DNA of 64,000 bases from an uncultured delta proteobacterium. GTDB lineage: Bacteria; Desulfobacterota; Binatia; UBA9968. Of the stretch, positions 33,077 through 43,760 are shown piece after piece. Below the pieces are notes generated by a model, which saw only the letters and a list, made by a program, of their open reading frames with translations, ran no database searches and had not been told where the DNA came from. Position 1 is the stretch's first letter; every line of letters begins with the position of its first letter. Where the stretch lies: NCBI GenBank assembly GCA_963847445.1, contig CAWJZV010000006.1:96001-160000 (forward strand), read 5' to 3'. Position numbers and translations under genes: made by a program.

Positions 33077-34138
33077 CTAACCTTCGCGCGGCTTGGCCGA
33101 CTCGGGCTTGATACCGAGGGGCACGGTCAAGTGAATCGACTTGCCTTTGCGGAGTATTGAAAGTTGCACCATGCGGCCGGCTTCCAGGCCGCCGACCATG
33201 CGAGTCACCTCGCGCGGGCTATCGACTTGAGTGTCGTTGACCGCGACGATGACATCCTGTTTTTGCACGCCCATCCGCGCCGCCGGTTGCCCCGGTAAAA
33301 CCGAGCTCACCACCACGCCTTTAGCGGGATAAATTCCTAATGATCTCGCCTGGCCCAGAGTGATGTCCGACATTTGCACGCCAAGCCAGCCCCAGGCGAA
33401 CCTCTCACCTTTGACCAAGCGGGGCAGAATTTTTTTGATTAAATTGATCGGCGTGGCGAAGCCGAGATTGCCGCGTTCGGAGGCCATGGTGATCATGCCG
33501 ACGACATCGCCCTGGCTATTCAACAGCGGCCCGCCGCTGACGCCGGGATAGGCGCCGGCATCGGTTTGAACGAAATCGTAACCCGCCGAGTCGGGATAGG
33601 TGCGCCCGGCGCGGCTGATGATGCCCAGGCTCATGGAACTCTCACGGCCAAACGGGTAGCTGAAGACAATCGCCAAGTCGCCGACCTGAATGCGCTCGGA
33701 ATCGCCGAAGCGCAGCACCGGCGCTGACCGCTCGCTTTGAATCTTCAACAGCGCCAGGTCGAGCTGACTGTCGGCGACGACCAAGCGCGCCGCCAGACGC
33801 TGGCCATCGGCGGTGCGGACTTCAATCTCCTTGGCCTTGTCGATGACATGCTGCGCCGTCAGGATGTAGCCTTCCGGATCGATGAAAAAGCCCGAGCCGC
33901 GGTTGCCTTGGGTTGGGCTATTGTCTGAACCGCTGACGCGAATCTGCACGATCGCCGGGCGGGAAGTTTTCGCCAACTGAACAAAGGCGCGATTGAGCCG
34001 GTCGAGATCGCTCTCGCTAGTTGGCGGCTGTGCTTCGCGCCAGTTAACCAGTGACGATTTATCAGTGTTTGTGTCCGCCCCCGGCGCGGCTGGAAAGCAC
34101 AGTGAAGCGAGTAGCAGTCCAATGATTAGATAGTGCAC
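33077..34138 (-). CDS. HtrA-like trypsin protease with a single PDZ domain
   Basis: GSGFF, LTAQHV, DLALL, VQTDAGAYPGVSGGPL. Confidence 0.9.
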   Translation of the reverse strand: MHYLIIGLLLASLCFPAAPGADTNTDKSSLVNWREAQPPTSESDLDRLNRAFVQLAKTSRPAIVQIRVSGSDNSPTQGNRGSGFFIDPEGYILTAQHVIDKAKEIEVRTADGQRLAARLVVADSQLDLALLKIQSERSAPVLRFGDSERIQVGDLAIVFSYPFGRESSMSLGIISRAGRTYPDSAGYDFVQTDAGAYPGVSGGPLLNSQGDVVGMITMASERGNLGFATPINLIKKILPRLVKGERFAWGWLGVQMSDITLGQARSLGIYPAKGVVVSSVLPGQPAARMGVQKQDVIVAVNDTQVDSPREVTRMVGGLEAGRMVQLSILRKGKSIHLTVPLGIKPESAKPREG

Positions 34139-34255
34139 GAATCCACCTCTCAGCGAGTCTGGCTGGCAGTCCCTTTATCGAAATCCTCCGGCGAGCACAA
34201 GCGCCAAAGCGGTTGGTCTTGCGTTTCACGCCAGGGCATATGCTATGGTTCGAGT

Positions 34256-35035
34256 ATGAACGACCTCGCCGACAAAATCGTTCTGGTCACCGGCGGCAGC
34301 GGCGGCATCGGTGCCGCCATCGCCGGGCAGTTCGCCATGCTCGGCTGCCGGGTAGCGATCGCAGCCCGCGATCACAAGAAACTTGCGACAGCGGCGGAAA
34401 AAATTGCTGAGAATGGCGCACAAGTCCGCGCGATTGCCTGTGACGTGACGCGCCGCGAGGAGGTGCAGCGGCTGCGGATTGCGATTCAAGAATTGTGGGG
34501 CGACGTGCAGATCTTGGTCAACAACGCCGGCATCGCCAGCGCTGTCAGCTTTGCCGACATGTCCGATGCAACCTGGGACCGAACCTTGGATACCAATCTG
34601 ACCGGCGCTTACAATTGCTGTAAAGTATTTTTACCGGCGATGATCGAAGCCAATTGGGGCCGCATCGTCAACATCGCTTCGACCGCGGCCAAAGTCGGCT
34701 ACAGCCATGTGACCGCCTACACCGCGTCGAAGCATGGGCTGCTCGGACTGACCCGGTCGTTAGCGCTGGAAACCGCGCGCCAGGGCGTGACCGTGAATGC
34801 GATTTGTCCGGGCTATGTCGACGACGAACGCACCCGCGAGAACGCGCGCATCATGGCCGAGAAGACCGGCAAGAGCGACGACGATATTTTAAAAATCTTC
34901 GCCGCCAGCGCGCCGCAGAACCGATTGATCGAAGCCACGGAAGTTGCGGCGCTGGCATGTTTGATCGCTTCGTCGCAAATGAGCGGCATGACCGGGCAGG
35001 CGATCAATGTCGACGGCGGCGCGGTGATGAGCTGA
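34256..35035 (+). CDS. SDR family oxidoreductase
   Basis: TGGSGGIG, NNAG, YTASK. Confidence 0.93.
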   Translation: MNDLADKIVLVTGGSGGIGAAIAGQFAMLGCRVAIAARDHKKLATAAEKIAENGAQVRAIACDVTRREEVQRLRIAIQELWGDVQILVNNAGIASAVSFADMSDATWDRTLDTNLTGAYNCCKVFLPAMIEANWGRIVNIASTAAKVGYSHVTAYTASKHGLLGLTRSLALETARQGVTVNAICPGYVDDERTRENARIMAEKTGKSDDDILKIFAASAPQNRLIEATEVAALACLIASSQMSGMTGQAINVDGGAVMS

Positions 35036-35124
35036 CGGAAATGCGCCGGACTTCAAAGAAGGCTATCGGGCGTTTGCCGAGAAGCGACCGGCGAAGTTCA
35101 ATCAATCCTAGTTAGAGTTTCTCG

Positions 35125-36262
35125 ATGTTGCCTTTTTTCACGCACGATCATGCCACATTGCAGGCGCAAGCTCGCTTGTGGGCGGAAAAGAATCTGTTCG
35201 CCGGCCATGGCAGCGAAGATCTAGAGCGGCACGCCAGGACATTGGTTAAGCAACTGGGCTTGGCGGGCTTCCTCAAGCATGCCGTGTCGAAGCAGTTCGG
35301 CGGGGTTCGTGAGCAAGTCGAAGCGCGCGATCTTTGCATCCTGCGCGAAGAGCTGGCGCGCGGCGATGCGCTCGCCGATACTATGTTCGCGTTGCAGGCG
35401 CTGGGCAGCTATCCGATTACGCTGGCGGGAAACGCCGCACAAAAACAAAACTATTTGTCGCAGGTTGCCAGCGGCGACGCGATCGCTGCGTTTGCGATCA
35501 CCGAACCGGAGGCGGGTTCCGACGTCGCTGCGCTACAAACAACCGCGCTGCGCCAGGGCGAACAATTCGCTCTAAACGGCACCAAGCGATTTATTTCCAA
35601 CGCCGGCATCGCAGACTTCTACGTGGTCTTCGCGTCGACTGAGCCGGAGAAGAAAGCAAAAGGCGTGAGCGCTTTCATCGTCGACGCGACCACGCAAGGC
35701 TGGGCCGTAACGGAAAAAACTAAGCTGCTTTCACCGCATCCGATCGGTGTGCTCGAATTCACCGGCTGCGTTGTGCCGCAAGGCGCATTGCTCGGCGCCG
35801 AGGGCGACGGTTTGAAGATTGCTTTGGAGACCCTCGATCTATTGCGTTGCAGCGTTGGCGCCGCCGCCGTCGGGTTTGCCCAACGGGCTTTGGAAGAAGC
35901 GATTCGTTACAGCAAGACGCGCCGGCAGTTTGGCCGGGCCATCGCTGAGTTCCAAGGGATTGAATTCAAGCTCGCTGAGATGGCTACGGATTTAGAAGCG
36001 GCGCGCTTGTTAGTCTACCAAGCTGCTTGGGCTCATGATGTGGGCAATGCGGATGCCAAACTGAAATCGTCGATGGCGAAATTCTACGCCACCGAAGCGG
36101 CCCAGCGCATCGTCGATCAAGCATTACAGATTCACGGCGGCAACGGTCTCGATCGCCGGCAGCATCATGGAGCGGCTCTACCGTGATGTGCGCGCGCTGA
36201 GGATTTACGAAGGGACTTCGGAAATTCAGAAAATCGTCATCGCCCGGGGATTGCTGAAATAG
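35125..36262 (+). CDS. Acyl-CoA dehydrogenase; frameshift near 36150
   Basis: [30 protein letters not shown]; [11 protein letters not shown] in the shifted frame. Confidence 0.92.
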
Positions 36263-36345
36263 GCTCGGCCGAAGGCTGATCAGCCATCTGACAGAGGCCG
36301 GAAGTCAGAGGTCAGGTGTCGGCAAAAAAGAGGGATCGAAACCGA

Positions 36346-37331
36346 ATGATTAAAAAAGTTCTTTGTCTGCGCTCTTAGCGCTCTACTCTTGGCGCTTAGC
36401 TTTCCAGTTGAGGCGCAGCAACCGAGAAGATTCCTCGGATAGGATACCTAAATGCTACCTCCGCTTCCACGATCCCCGCCCGCGTTGAGGCGTTTCGCCA
36501 GGGTCTACGTGAGCTTGGATACGTGGAGGGGAAGAATATTGTCATCGAGTTTCGACATGCAGAGGGAAAACTCGATCGTCTCCCCTCGCTCGCGGCGGAG
36601 CTTGTGCGTCTCAAAGTCGACATCATCGTCTCGGGTGGCCCGAGCAGCAACCCGTCCCGCCAAGGAAGCAACTGCTACGATTCCCATCGTCATGGCGACG
36701 GATAATGATCCTGTTGCCACCGGGATCGTCGCCAGCCTGGCGCGACCAGGCGGAAATATCACTGGATTGTCCACCCTTGCCCCGGAGATTAGCGGAAAAC
36801 AACTGGAGCTTCTGAAAGAGATCGTTCCCAAACTCTCGCGTGTGGCCGTGCTCGGGACTTCAACCATCCCGAGGCAAGTACAATCGTTAAGAGAGGTGGA
36901 TCTCGCCGCAGGGGCGTTGAAAGTGAAGATTCAATACCTAGACGTACTCGATCCCAATGCCATTGAAACCGCATTTCAAAACGCAACCAAAAGACGTGCT
37001 GATGCACTCCTCGTGCTCCCAGAGCGCCGTCATGAATCCTCAGCGAGAAAAGGTTGCGGATTTAGCGGCAAAGAACCGGCTCCCGGCGATTTACTTCCAA
37101 AGCCAATATATGGAAGTCGGCGGCCTCATGTACTATGGCCCGAATACTGCCGACTTGTTCCGCCGCGCCGCTACGTATGTGGACAAAATTTTGAAGGGAA
37201 GGACGCCCGCGGATCTTCCCGTCGAGCAGCCGATCAAGTTCGAGTTCATCGTCAATCTGAAAGCCGCCAAGCAGATCGGTTTGACGATTCCGCCGAATGT
37301 GTTGGTGCGGGCGGATCGGGTGATCAGATAA
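36346..37331 (+). CDS. ABC transporter substrate-binding protein (ABC_sub_bind type); several frameshifts
   Basis: ELGYVEGKNI, ASLARPGGNITG, YVDKILKG..PADLPVEQP..FEFIVNLKAAKQIG. Confidence 0.88.
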
Positions 37332-37483
37332 GGCAAAAGTAAAAGTTATGAAGGCAAAATAAAGATTTCGGATTGCCGTCTGCGGGGCCGCTCTTGGATG
37401 AGTTTCACCTCCGTGTCAGATAGCCCAATTGGAGAACTGAAGAATTATTGCGCGGCACTGGAGGGCGTGGTACGGTTTTGGAC

Positions 37484-37840
37484 ATGAGCGCGGACGCCGT
37501 CAAAAAGATCATTGACCCTTTTCTCACTCATGGGATTTGTAAAGATGAGGCCGAGGCGTTGAAGATGCTGGCCAAGGATTACGTCCGGCGTCAGGTCAGT
37601 AAATATCACGAGCGAGTGGAGCATTTTCGCTCCTTCTACCAGATGTCGGTGGAAGATTTTGCCAAGCAGGTGGCTGCGCTTTGCCAGGGAACCGAGACAA
37701 TCCCTGTGTTGAGCCATCTGAACAAACAACAACAGATCTTGCAGGCCGAGGATGATTTAGAGGAATGGCAGGCCGCCGAGCAGTTCCTAGCCCGCTGGCA
37801 GGCAGTGGAGGCGGATTTGCCGAATGCTCCCGCTGCTTGA
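37484..37840 (+). CDS. Putative antitoxin (small helical protein)
   Basis: FRSFYQMSVEDF..EDDLEEW; overlaps the downstream toxin-like gene by 17 nt. Confidence 0.55.
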   Translation: MSADAVKKIIDPFLTHGICKDEAEALKMLAKDYVRRQVSKYHERVEHFRSFYQMSVEDFAKQVAALCQGTETIPVLSHLNKQQQILQAEDDLEEWQAAEQFLARWQAVEADLPNAPAA

Positions 37841-38168
37841 GTCTCTCCTACGGACTTCTTCTAAGGTCAAATCCTTTCATATCATCGATAGCGATCCGCT
37901 CGATGAGGAGAACTTCCTCTTTAAGATCCGCTGTGAGCTGATATCGGGACAAACCCTCCAGATAAGGCTTCGAGCAGTTTTCGGCAGCATCCGATATTCA
38001 TATCAGGAATTCTCAGAAATCCCATTGCGGCGCTGGGATAACGCGCCCCATTTTCCCAATCTTCCGAACTTTCCACACCATCATCACGACTCTCAAGGCA
38101 ACATTTTGGAATCAACGCTGACAGGCGATCCGACCGCCGACCTTGATCGAGTGTTAAATACACTATAG
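37824..38168 (+). CDS. DUF6516 / TumE-like putative toxin
   Basis: RYSYQ...RRWDNAPHFPNLPNFPHHHH motif. Confidence 0.7.
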   Translation: MLPLLESLLRTSSKVKSFHIIDSDPLDEENFLFKIRCELISGQTLQIRLRAVFGSIRYSYQEFSEIPLRRWDNAPHFPNLPNFPHHHHDSQGNILESTLTGDPTADLDRVLNTL

Positions 38169-38326
38169 CAATCGTTCCAACGTGGTTGCCGTTCGTTCGG
38201 TGGAGTCATGCGAAGTTTAGATGAACAGTATTGCTGCTTGTAATCTAACACTCCGCCGACAAGTTTTTTGCCGAAAGCGCTGGGCGGGTTCGTCAATAGA
38301 AAGTTACTTTTTGCTACGGAGGAACG

Positions 38327-39478
38327 ATGGATTTTGATTTGTCAGACGAGTTGATCGCCGTGCGCGACTTGGCGCGGGAGTTTGCCGAAAAGGAAATCGC
38401 GCCGACCGCGGCCAAGGACGATAAGGAACAGAATTTTCGCGGCGATCTGGTTCGGAAGATGGGCGAGCTGGGGTTCTATGGCACGATGATTCCAGAAAAC
38501 TACGGCGGCAACGGTCTGGGTTTTCTCGCCATGGTGCTGATCACCGAGGAGATCGCGCGCGTGCATAGTGCCATGCGCGTCGCGATCAATATGCAGATCG
38601 GTCCGGCGTTGACGCTGCTGCAATTTGGTAGCGAAGAACAGAAAAAGAAATTCATTCCGGGTTTGATGTCGGGAGAAACCATCGGTTGTTTTGCCATCAC
38701 CGAATCCGACGCCGGCTCGGATGTCGCGGCGATGCGCACGACGGCGACGCGCAGCGGCGATAACTATTTACTCAACGGCGGCAAGATTTGGATATCCAAC
38801 GGCCCGGTGACCAACGGCGGGCTGGTATACGCCTACACGGATAGAGCGCAAAAACACCGCGGCATGAGCGCCTTTTATACCGACTGGAGCGAGCCCGGAT
38901 TGACGCGCAAGTCATTGGAAACCATGGGCGCGCATTGTTCGCCGTTGGGCGAACTGACCTTCGACAATTTTCCGATTCCTGCGTCGAACCTTTTAGGCAA
39001 TGAGGGTGACGGTTTCAAAATCTGCATGTGGCAGTTGAATCAAACCCGGCTCAACTGCGCCGCCGGCGCATTAGGCGTTGCCCGTGCCGCGAAAGAGGCC
39101 GCGCTGAATTACTGCAACCAGCGCGCCCAGTTCGGCCAGAAGATCGGTGAGTTTCAGATGAATCAAGACTTGATTGCGCAGATGATCGTTCACGAAGAAG
39201 CGGCGCGGCTGCTGGTTTACCGAGCCGCGTGGCTGGCGGATCAGCAAAAACCGAATAATTTGGAGACTTCCATCGGTAAGTACTGCGCGGCGGAGGCCGC
39301 CAACTTCGCCGCCGACGCGGCGATGAAGATTCTCGGCGCCTACGGCTACTCCACCGAGTTCCCGGTGGAGCGGTACTACCGTGACGCCAAGTCGTACCAG
39401 ATCGTCGAAGGTTCCTCCAACGTGCAAAAGATGATCATCGCCCAGGATGCGTTGGGGTATCGCAAGGCGAATCGCTGA
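38327..39478 (+). CDS. Acyl-CoA dehydrogenase (glutaryl-CoA dehydrogenase-like)
   Basis: FAITESDAGSD, RAQFGQ, GAYGYSTEFPVERYYRDAKSYQIVEGSSN. Confidence 0.93.
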   Translation: MDFDLSDELIAVRDLAREFAEKEIAPTAAKDDKEQNFRGDLVRKMGELGFYGTMIPENYGGNGLGFLAMVLITEEIARVHSAMRVAINMQIGPALTLLQFGSEEQKKKFIPGLMSGETIGCFAITESDAGSDVAAMRTTATRSGDNYLLNGGKIWISNGPVTNGGLVYAYTDRAQKHRGMSAFYTDWSEPGLTRKSLETMGAHCSPLGELTFDNFPIPASNLLGNEGDGFKICMWQLNQTRLNCAAGALGVARAAKEAALNYCNQRAQFGQKIGEFQMNQDLIAQMIVHEEAARLLVYRAAWLADQQKPNNLETSIGKYCAAEAANFAADAAMKILGAYGYSTEFPVERYYRDAKSYQIVEGSSNVQKMIIAQDALGYRKANR

Positions 39479-39480
39479 TC

Positions 39481-41001
39481 TCACTGTTGAGCGAGGATGC
39501 GCTGGATCAGCTCCATGTTTAAGCTTGCTCGCACGTGAGCGGCGAGCCGGTCGTATTGCTCGTCGGCGGAAAAGTTCGCGACGCTTGGCGCCAGCGTCAG
39601 TCCTTTTCGCTCGGCGAGTTCGAGCAATATCGCCCGGCGCAACCCATGGTTGTGAAACAGGCCGTGAATGTAGGTGCCGACCACGTTGCCATCGGCGCTG
39701 AGAGTTCCGTCGCCATCCGAGCAAATTTGCTGGGAGCGTTGCTCGATTAGAAACGGTTGCGATACCCCCTGACCTTCGGTTTGCCCCATGTGAATCTCAT
39801 ATCCGGAAATGACCGCATTTTGCGCTTTGGCGAGCAGGCCGAAGCCGGCCAAAGTGCGCGCGCGCACTTGATGGGTCGATTTCACTGGGAGAAAGCGTGT
39901 CGCCACTGGCAAGAGTCCAATGCCGGCGGTCAGCGCCGTCGATGACTCGATCAGTTCGGGATCGTGAATGGCGCTGCCGAGCATCTGATAGCCGGCGCAA
40001 ATGCCGATGATCGGGACGCCAGCCGAAGCCGCGCGCAGAATCTGCTGTACCCGGCCGCCGCTGCGGAGATAACCAAGATCGGCCACCGTCGCTTTGCTTC
40101 CAGGAAGAATAATCAGATCAGGTGCGCCAAGATCGTCGCCGGCTTCGACGTAACGCAACCGCACGCGCGGTTCACGTTCAAAGGGATCGAAGTCATCAAA
40201 GTTGGCGATATGCGGCAGAGCGATGACGGCGATATCGAGGTCGAAATCGCGGCGATTTTTCATCATGTAGCGTTTTTCCAAGGCGACGGAATCTTCCTCG
40301 GCGATATGGATATCGTGGTAATAGGGCACCACGCCGGCGACCGGTATTCCGGTGCGCGCTTCCAACCAATCCAGTCCCGGTGTGAGCAATGCGACATCGC
40401 CGCGAAATTTATTGACGATGAACGCTTTGACTCTTTCCTTCTCCGGCGCTTCGAGCAGTTCCAGGGTTCCCACCAGCGCGGCAAATATCCCGCCGCGGTC
40501 GATATCGGCGGCGAGCAACACCGGCGCGTGACAGTGAAGCGCGACTTTCATGTTCACCAGATCGCGATCCTTGAGATTGATCTCCGCGGGGCTGCCAGCG
40601 CCTTCGATGACGACGACATCGTAAGCGCCGCGCAGATCGTCGAGAGATTCCGTGATCGCGCACCAGAGTTCGGCTTTGAGTTGGGGAAAGCGTGCCGCGG
40701 AGATTCGCGTCAGCGGTTTGCCCCGGACGATAATCTGCGCGTGATTATCGCTTTCAGGTTTCAACAGCACCGGGTTCATGGCGACCGTCGGCGCAATGCC
40801 CGCCGCTTCGGCTTGGACCACTTGGGCGCGGCCGATCTCGTCGCCGGCGGCGGTGACGAAGGAGTTGAGCGACATGTTTTGCGCCTTGAACGGCGCGACT
40901 TTCAACCCCTGCTGTTTGAAAATACGGCACAGCGCCGTGACCAGAATGCTTTTGCCGACCGATGAACCGGTTCCTTGGACCATTAGCGTTTTGGCGAGCA
41001 T
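39481..41001 (-). CDS. cobQ: Cobyric acid synthase
   Basis: MVQGTGSSVGKS, PFKAQNMSLNS, IEGAGSPAEINL, GICAGYQMLG, GTYIHG. Confidence 0.96.
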   Translation of the reverse strand: MLAKTLMVQGTGSSVGKSILVTALCRIFKQQGLKVAPFKAQNMSLNSFVTAAGDEIGRAQVVQAEAAGIAPTVAMNPVLLKPESDNHAQIIVRGKPLTRISAARFPQLKAELWCAITESLDDLRGAYDVVVIEGAGSPAEINLKDRDLVNMKVALHCHAPVLLAADIDRGGIFAALVGTLELLEAPEKERVKAFIVNKFRGDVALLTPGLDWLEARTGIPVAGVVPYYHDIHIAEEDSVALEKRYMMKNRRDFDLDIAVIALPHIANFDDFDPFEREPRVRLRYVEAGDDLGAPDLIILPGSKATVADLGYLRSGGRVQQILRAASAGVPIIGICAGYQMLGSAIHDPELIESSTALTAGIGLLPVATRFLPVKSTHQVRARTLAGFGLLAKAQNAVISGYEIHMGQTEGQGVSQPFLIEQRSQQICSDGDGTLSADGNVVGTYIHGLFHNHGLRRAILLELAERKGLTLAPSVANFSADEQYDRLAAHVRASLNMELIQRILAQQ

Positions 41002-41023
41002 ATTTGTGCGTTCGGGTGGGAGA

Positions 41024-41818
41024 TCACTTGGAAAATGGATCGCGCGGTACGAAGTAGCGTGGGCGTGAATCGGTTCCGGCGATCGCTGTCATGTCGACGT
41101 TCAGTAGCGCTTTGATGCTGGCTTCATTGATGACCTCGGTGACGGGACCGAAGCCGCGCAACACGCCGCCGCTCAGCAGCAGCGCTTGGTCGGCGAATAG
41201 CGAAGCCAGATTCACGTCATGCAGCACGGTGATGACGGTGATTTCCTCGTCGACGCATAGCCGTCTCAATGCCGAGAGAATTTGTAATTGAAACTTGAGA
41301 TCGAGATGCAGCGTCGGCTCGTCGAGAAGTATGACCCGTGCCGATTGCGCCAGGGCGCGGGCGATCAAGACTTTCTGCTTCTCGCCGCCGCTCAGCGTGT
41401 TGAACTGCCGGTCGCTCAGTTCAATCGCCGCGGTTCTTTCCAACGCGTTGGCAATGGCGAGTTTGTCGGCGGCGGATTCCTTGCCGCGCGCGCCATGGGG
41501 ATAACGGCCGAGGGATACCAGCTCGCGTACGGTCAGGGGAAAGCTTAGTGCGGGTTGCTGGGAAACATAGGCGATGGTTTTCGCTCGCGCTTTGGGGTGA
41601 TAAGTCGACAGGGCTTGGCCGTGCAGCGTCACCGTGCCGGAGTTCGGCGCCAGCAGGCCGAGCAAGATTTTCAGTAGCGTGGTTTTGCCCGAGCCGTTGG
41701 GGCCGATTAGGGCGATGAGTTCTCCGGCGGCGATGGCGAACGAAAGGTTATTTAACAGCAGGCCGCCGTTGTAGCCGAAGGCGATGTTGCGGACTTCGAG
41801 AGCGCTCGTCGATGTCAT
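41024..41818 (-). CDS. Cobalamin/iron-siderophore ABC transporter ATPase (BtuD-like)
   Basis: GPNGSGKT, LSGGEKQ, LLDEPT, VLHD. Confidence 0.92.
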   Translation of the reverse strand: MTSTSALEVRNIAFGYNGGLLLNNLSFAIAAGELIALIGPNGSGKTTLLKILLGLLAPNSGTVTLHGQALSTYHPKARAKTIAYVSQQPALSFPLTVRELVSLGRYPHGARGKESAADKLAIANALERTAAIELSDRQFNTLSGGEKQKVLIARALAQSARVILLDEPTLHLDLKFQLQILSALRRLCVDEEITVITVLHDVNLASLFADQALLLSGGVLRGFGPVTEVINEASIKALLNVDMTAIAGTDSRPRYFVPRDPFSK

Positions 41819-41822
41819 GTTA

Positions 41823-42797
41823 TCAACCCAGATCGCTGGACTCTTTTCGGATCATGTAGAGAAAAATCGGCACACCGACCAACGAGGTGACGATGCCGAC
41901 GGGCAGTTCCGCCGGCGCCATGACGGTGCGCGCCGCGGCGTCGCAGAGCACGAGAAAGATCCCGCCGGAAAAAAATGTCAGCGGCAACAAAGTTCGATGA
42001 TCGGCACCGAAACTCAAGCGAATCATATGCGGCACAATCAAACCGACAAACCCGATCAAGCCCGCCACCGATACCGAAATCGACGTCAGCAGCGCCGCGA
42101 CAATGGCGAAGAGCAGTTGAATGCGACCGGTGCGAACCCCGCTGCTTTGCGCCGTCTCCTCACCGAGCAGCAGTAGGTTTAACTCTGGCGCGAAGTAACA
42201 GGAGATAAGCGCGGCGAGCGGAATGCATGCGAGGGAAACCCAGGTGGTATCCCAACTGGAGGTGGAAAAGCCGCCGAGAAAGAAAAAGATCAGCGCTTTC
42301 AATTCTTCGCCGGCCATCAGCATGAAAATGGCGACCAACGATGAAAGAAACAGGCCGACGCCCAGACCCGAGAGCAGCAACCGAAAGATCGAGAATCCGC
42401 CTTGGCGATGGCCGAAATAGAAAACCAACGCGAGGGCGCCCAGCGATCCGGCAAAAGCGAAGACACTGACGGCGGCGAAGTTCGCCAGTGGCGACGCCAG
42501 TTTGAAGACGATTGCCGCCGCCGCGCCCAATGACGCGCCGGAGGAGACACCGAGCAGGTAGCTATCGGCGATGGGATTGCGAAAAAGACCTTGGAAGATC
42601 GCGCCGGCCAAGGCTAAACCGCCGCCAACCAAAAAGGCCGATAGGACGCGCGGCAGGCGTAGATTGAATAAGATTTCTTTGTCGGTCGCGGACAACTCCA
42701 GAAACGAGATTGGCACTGTACCGATGCTCAGGCCAATCAGGATGGTGGCCAAAAGGGTTGCTGATAACAGCACGAACGTTGCGCTGCGGCGACTCAC
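41823..42797 (-). CDS. FecCD/BtuC family ABC permease
   Basis: LRLPR, FRNPIAD..LGVSSGA, IGFVGLIVPH, ELPVG; GTG start overlaps the upstream stop. Confidence 0.92.
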   Translation of the reverse strand: MSRRSATFVLLSATLLATILIGLSIGTVPISFLELSATDKEILFNLRLPRVLSAFLVGGGLALAGAIFQGLFRNPIADSYLLGVSSGASLGAAAAIVFKLASPLANFAAVSVFAFAGSLGALALVFYFGHRQGGFSIFRLLLSGLGVGLFLSSLVAIFMLMAGEELKALIFFFLGGFSTSSWDTTWVSLACIPLAALISCYFAPELNLLLLGEETAQSSGVRTGRIQLLFAIVAALLTSISVSVAGLIGFVGLIVPHMIRLSFGADHRTLLPLTFFSGGIFLVLCDAAARTVMAPAELPVGIVTSLVGVPIFLYMIRKESSDLG

Positions 42798-43721
42798 TTG
42801 GGCTCCGTCCGCAGCGGTCCCGCAGTTGCGGCTATAGAGAAGAGGCAGTTGTGCAGCTTTGCTAAGCCATCGACGAACATGATGCTGCGGCGAATATCCG
42901 GTTCTTCGATGAAACAAAAGTGGCGGTCGCGCACGCCGCGGATCGACGACCAGCCGGGACGGCGCGGGAGCGTTTTTACAAACGCTGCCTGTTCGGCGAG
43001 AAAGATCAGCACTTCGGGATTTCTCTGGATCAGCGATTCCAAACCGATCTGCCCCGAGTCAAATGACATGTCGCCGAAAATATTGACGCCCCCAGCGGCG
43101 CTGACGAGCCAATCGGTGAACGATACTTTGCCGACGGTGATCAACGGCTCGGTCCACATCTGTAAATAGGCGCGCCTTTTCGGCATAGCCTGCGCTTTGG
43201 TTGCAATCGCGTTAAAACGTCGCTGCATGTCGTCGATAAAGCTTTGCGCTTTATGATCCTGCCCGAGCAGCTCGCCGAGAAGCAAGAAATCTTTCACCAG
43301 CCCAGTCATGTCACGGGGCCACAGGCTTACAACCGCATAGCCCAGGTTCTTAAGGGGCACGGCGAAGCGCTGCTGGGTTGGCCCGTTGGTGAGGATGAGA
43401 TCGGGTTGGAGCTGGACGATCTTCTCCAAATTCGCGTCGAAGCCGCCGCCGATGATTTCAGTTTGCTTGCGCTGGATTCTGCTAACCAGATTCCTCGGGA
43501 AAAAAGTCGTAACGGGTGCCGCCTTTCAAACGCTCGCAGTCCAACAAGCACACCATCTCCGAATTGGTCGGCACCAGCGACACGACCCTGCGGATATCCC
43601 GTTTGACAGTGACTGTGAAACCGAGATCGTCAACGATGGTTCTGCTTCCGGCCGCTGCCAGAGCGACGGAACTTAACAGTGTCGCGAGAGCGTAAATCGA
43701 TATTATCGCCGGACACTGCAT
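42794..43721 (-). CDS. Cobalamin-binding periplasmic protein (BtuF-like); frameshift near 43490
   Basis: IVDDLG..RVVSLVPTNSEM, EKIVQLQPDLI, AGGVNI. Confidence 0.88.
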
Positions 43722-43760
43722 ACCTTACGTGGCCTCACGCGCTTTCAAGAATGCTTTCAT

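Noticed and set aside
39964-40965. 333-aa plus-strand ORF
   Set aside because: Antisense shadow of cobQ
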